From NCBI GenBank assembly GCA_965203295.1, contig CBDBCZ010000019.1, positions 2,624,001 to 2,688,000 on the forward strand: DNA of 64,000 bases, written 5' to 3'. The position numbers and the translations under genes were made by a program. Below are positions 63,213 to 64,000 of this stretch, one piece after another. The notes under the pieces were generated by a model. That model was not told the origin of the DNA and ran no database searches. It saw only the letters and a list, made by a program, of their open reading frames with translations. This DNA comes from Nitrospirales bacterium. Lineage in GTDB: Bacteria > Nitrospirota > Nitrospiria > Nitrospirales > UBA8639. Numbering within the stretch: position 1 is the first letter of the stretch; every line of letters begins with the position of its first letter.

Positions 63213-63294
63213 AATTGGGGTCAGACTCGATTTCTTGGCATACCTTTATCAGATCTTGCCTGAGAGTGGAAGAAAATCGAGTCTGACCCCAATT
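63213..63294. repeat. Perfect 21-bp inverted repeat (REP/MITE-like)
   Basis: AATTGGGGTCAGACTCGATTT (63213-63233) and AAATCGAGTCTGACCCCAATT (63274-63294) with a 40-bp spacer, between convergent genes. Confidence 0.88.
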
Positions 63295-63363
63295 TCAGAT
63301 TTCAATTGAACTCCCACATTCATTTGGCACAGTTCGTCATCTGAAATCCAAGTTTTTCACAGA

Positions 63364-64000
63364 TTACTCTTCTCGCAGAACCTTCAATGGAGGTTCCCCC
63401 AATATTTGAAACGTACTCAAAAAACCCACGGTGATCGCCAGAAGAACTGTGAGCAGCAGCCCAAGGCTAAGCACATCAGGCTGAAGAGTCCAAGGAAGCT
63501 CTAGGAAAAAATGCAGAATCCCCCAGGACAACAAACTGGCTAAACCTACGCCAATCACACCAGCCAACGCACCCACAACGGCAAATTCAATCGCAAACGA
63601 TCGGGCAATGACCGTACGCGTCCCTCCAATAGCTTTCAATATCGCCACTTCATAGAGACGCCAGAATCGCGTCGTGGAAAGTGCTGCCACCATCACCACA
63701 CCCCCGCTCACGATACATAGCAGAGCCATGCCTTGAATCGCCCAACTCAATTGTTGAAGCAATGTGCCAATGTTGCGGAGGATATCTCCAATCTTGATCG
63801 TCGTGACATTGGGAAGAGCTGAGACGATGGCCTGCTGGAGGGGAACTTCTTCTGTAGGCGAGACTTTCGCTGACCCGATATAGGTATAGGGAGCCCCTTC
63901 CAATGCTCCAGGCGAAAGGATCATAAAAAAATTGATGGCCAGATTCCCCCAATCAACCTTTCTCAGACTTTTCACCTGCCCAGTGAGGGTTGTTCTTTGA
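63364..64000 (-). CDS. ABC transporter permease (FtsX/YbbP-like), 5' partial at window edge
   Basis: LRKVDWGNLAINFF, EVAILKAIGG, EFAVVG, PPLKVLRE C-terminal FtsX-type domain. Confidence 0.88.
   Translation of the reverse strand, partial: QRTTLTGQVKSLRKVDWGNLAINFFMILSPGALEGAPYTYIGSAKVSPTEEVPLQQAIVSALPNVTTIKIGDILRNIGTLLQQLSWAIQGMALLCIVSGGVVMVAALSTTRFWRLYEVAILKAIGGTRTVIARSFAIEFAVVGALAGVIGVGLASLLSWGILHFFLELPWTLQPDVLSLGLLLTVLLAITVGFLSTFQILGEPPLKVLREE

Overview
Bacterial chromosomal window, most likely from a Nitrospirota (Nitrospirales-like) genome; this is inferred from gene content and order, not from a database search. It holds a long, frame-intact housekeeping backbone: folE, rarA, gltX, queE, pepA, nagZ, leuCD, mreBCD-mrdA-rodA-rng-dprA-topA, clpX-clpP-tig, ffs-dnaX-ybaB-recR, prfC, an RND efflux operon and four intact tRNAs. 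The clearest signal is selective genome erosion. About 13 dispensable loci carry frameshifts, nonsense codons, short tandem duplications or deletion scars: an alpha/beta hydrolase, an ABC-F tail, tRNA-Gln(CUG), vapC, a secretin/TPR fusion, AbiTii, suhB, a methyltransferase, purU, an FMN reductase, a TetR repressor and two IS3 remnants. The essential genes keep their frames but show radical substitutions in conserved motifs. This pattern fits a host-restricted or bottlenecked lineage in early genome reduction, though assembly error must be excluded with reads. Other points of interest are a decayed 2 kb islet at tRNA-Leu(GAG) with a residual att repeat, an RND pump whose repressor is broken, a tandem desulforedoxin-like protein, an extended two-module TatA, nested MITE/REP elements and a candidate structured leader before mreB. 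I did not see a CRISPR array, rRNA, intact prophage or a clearly new multi-gene system.
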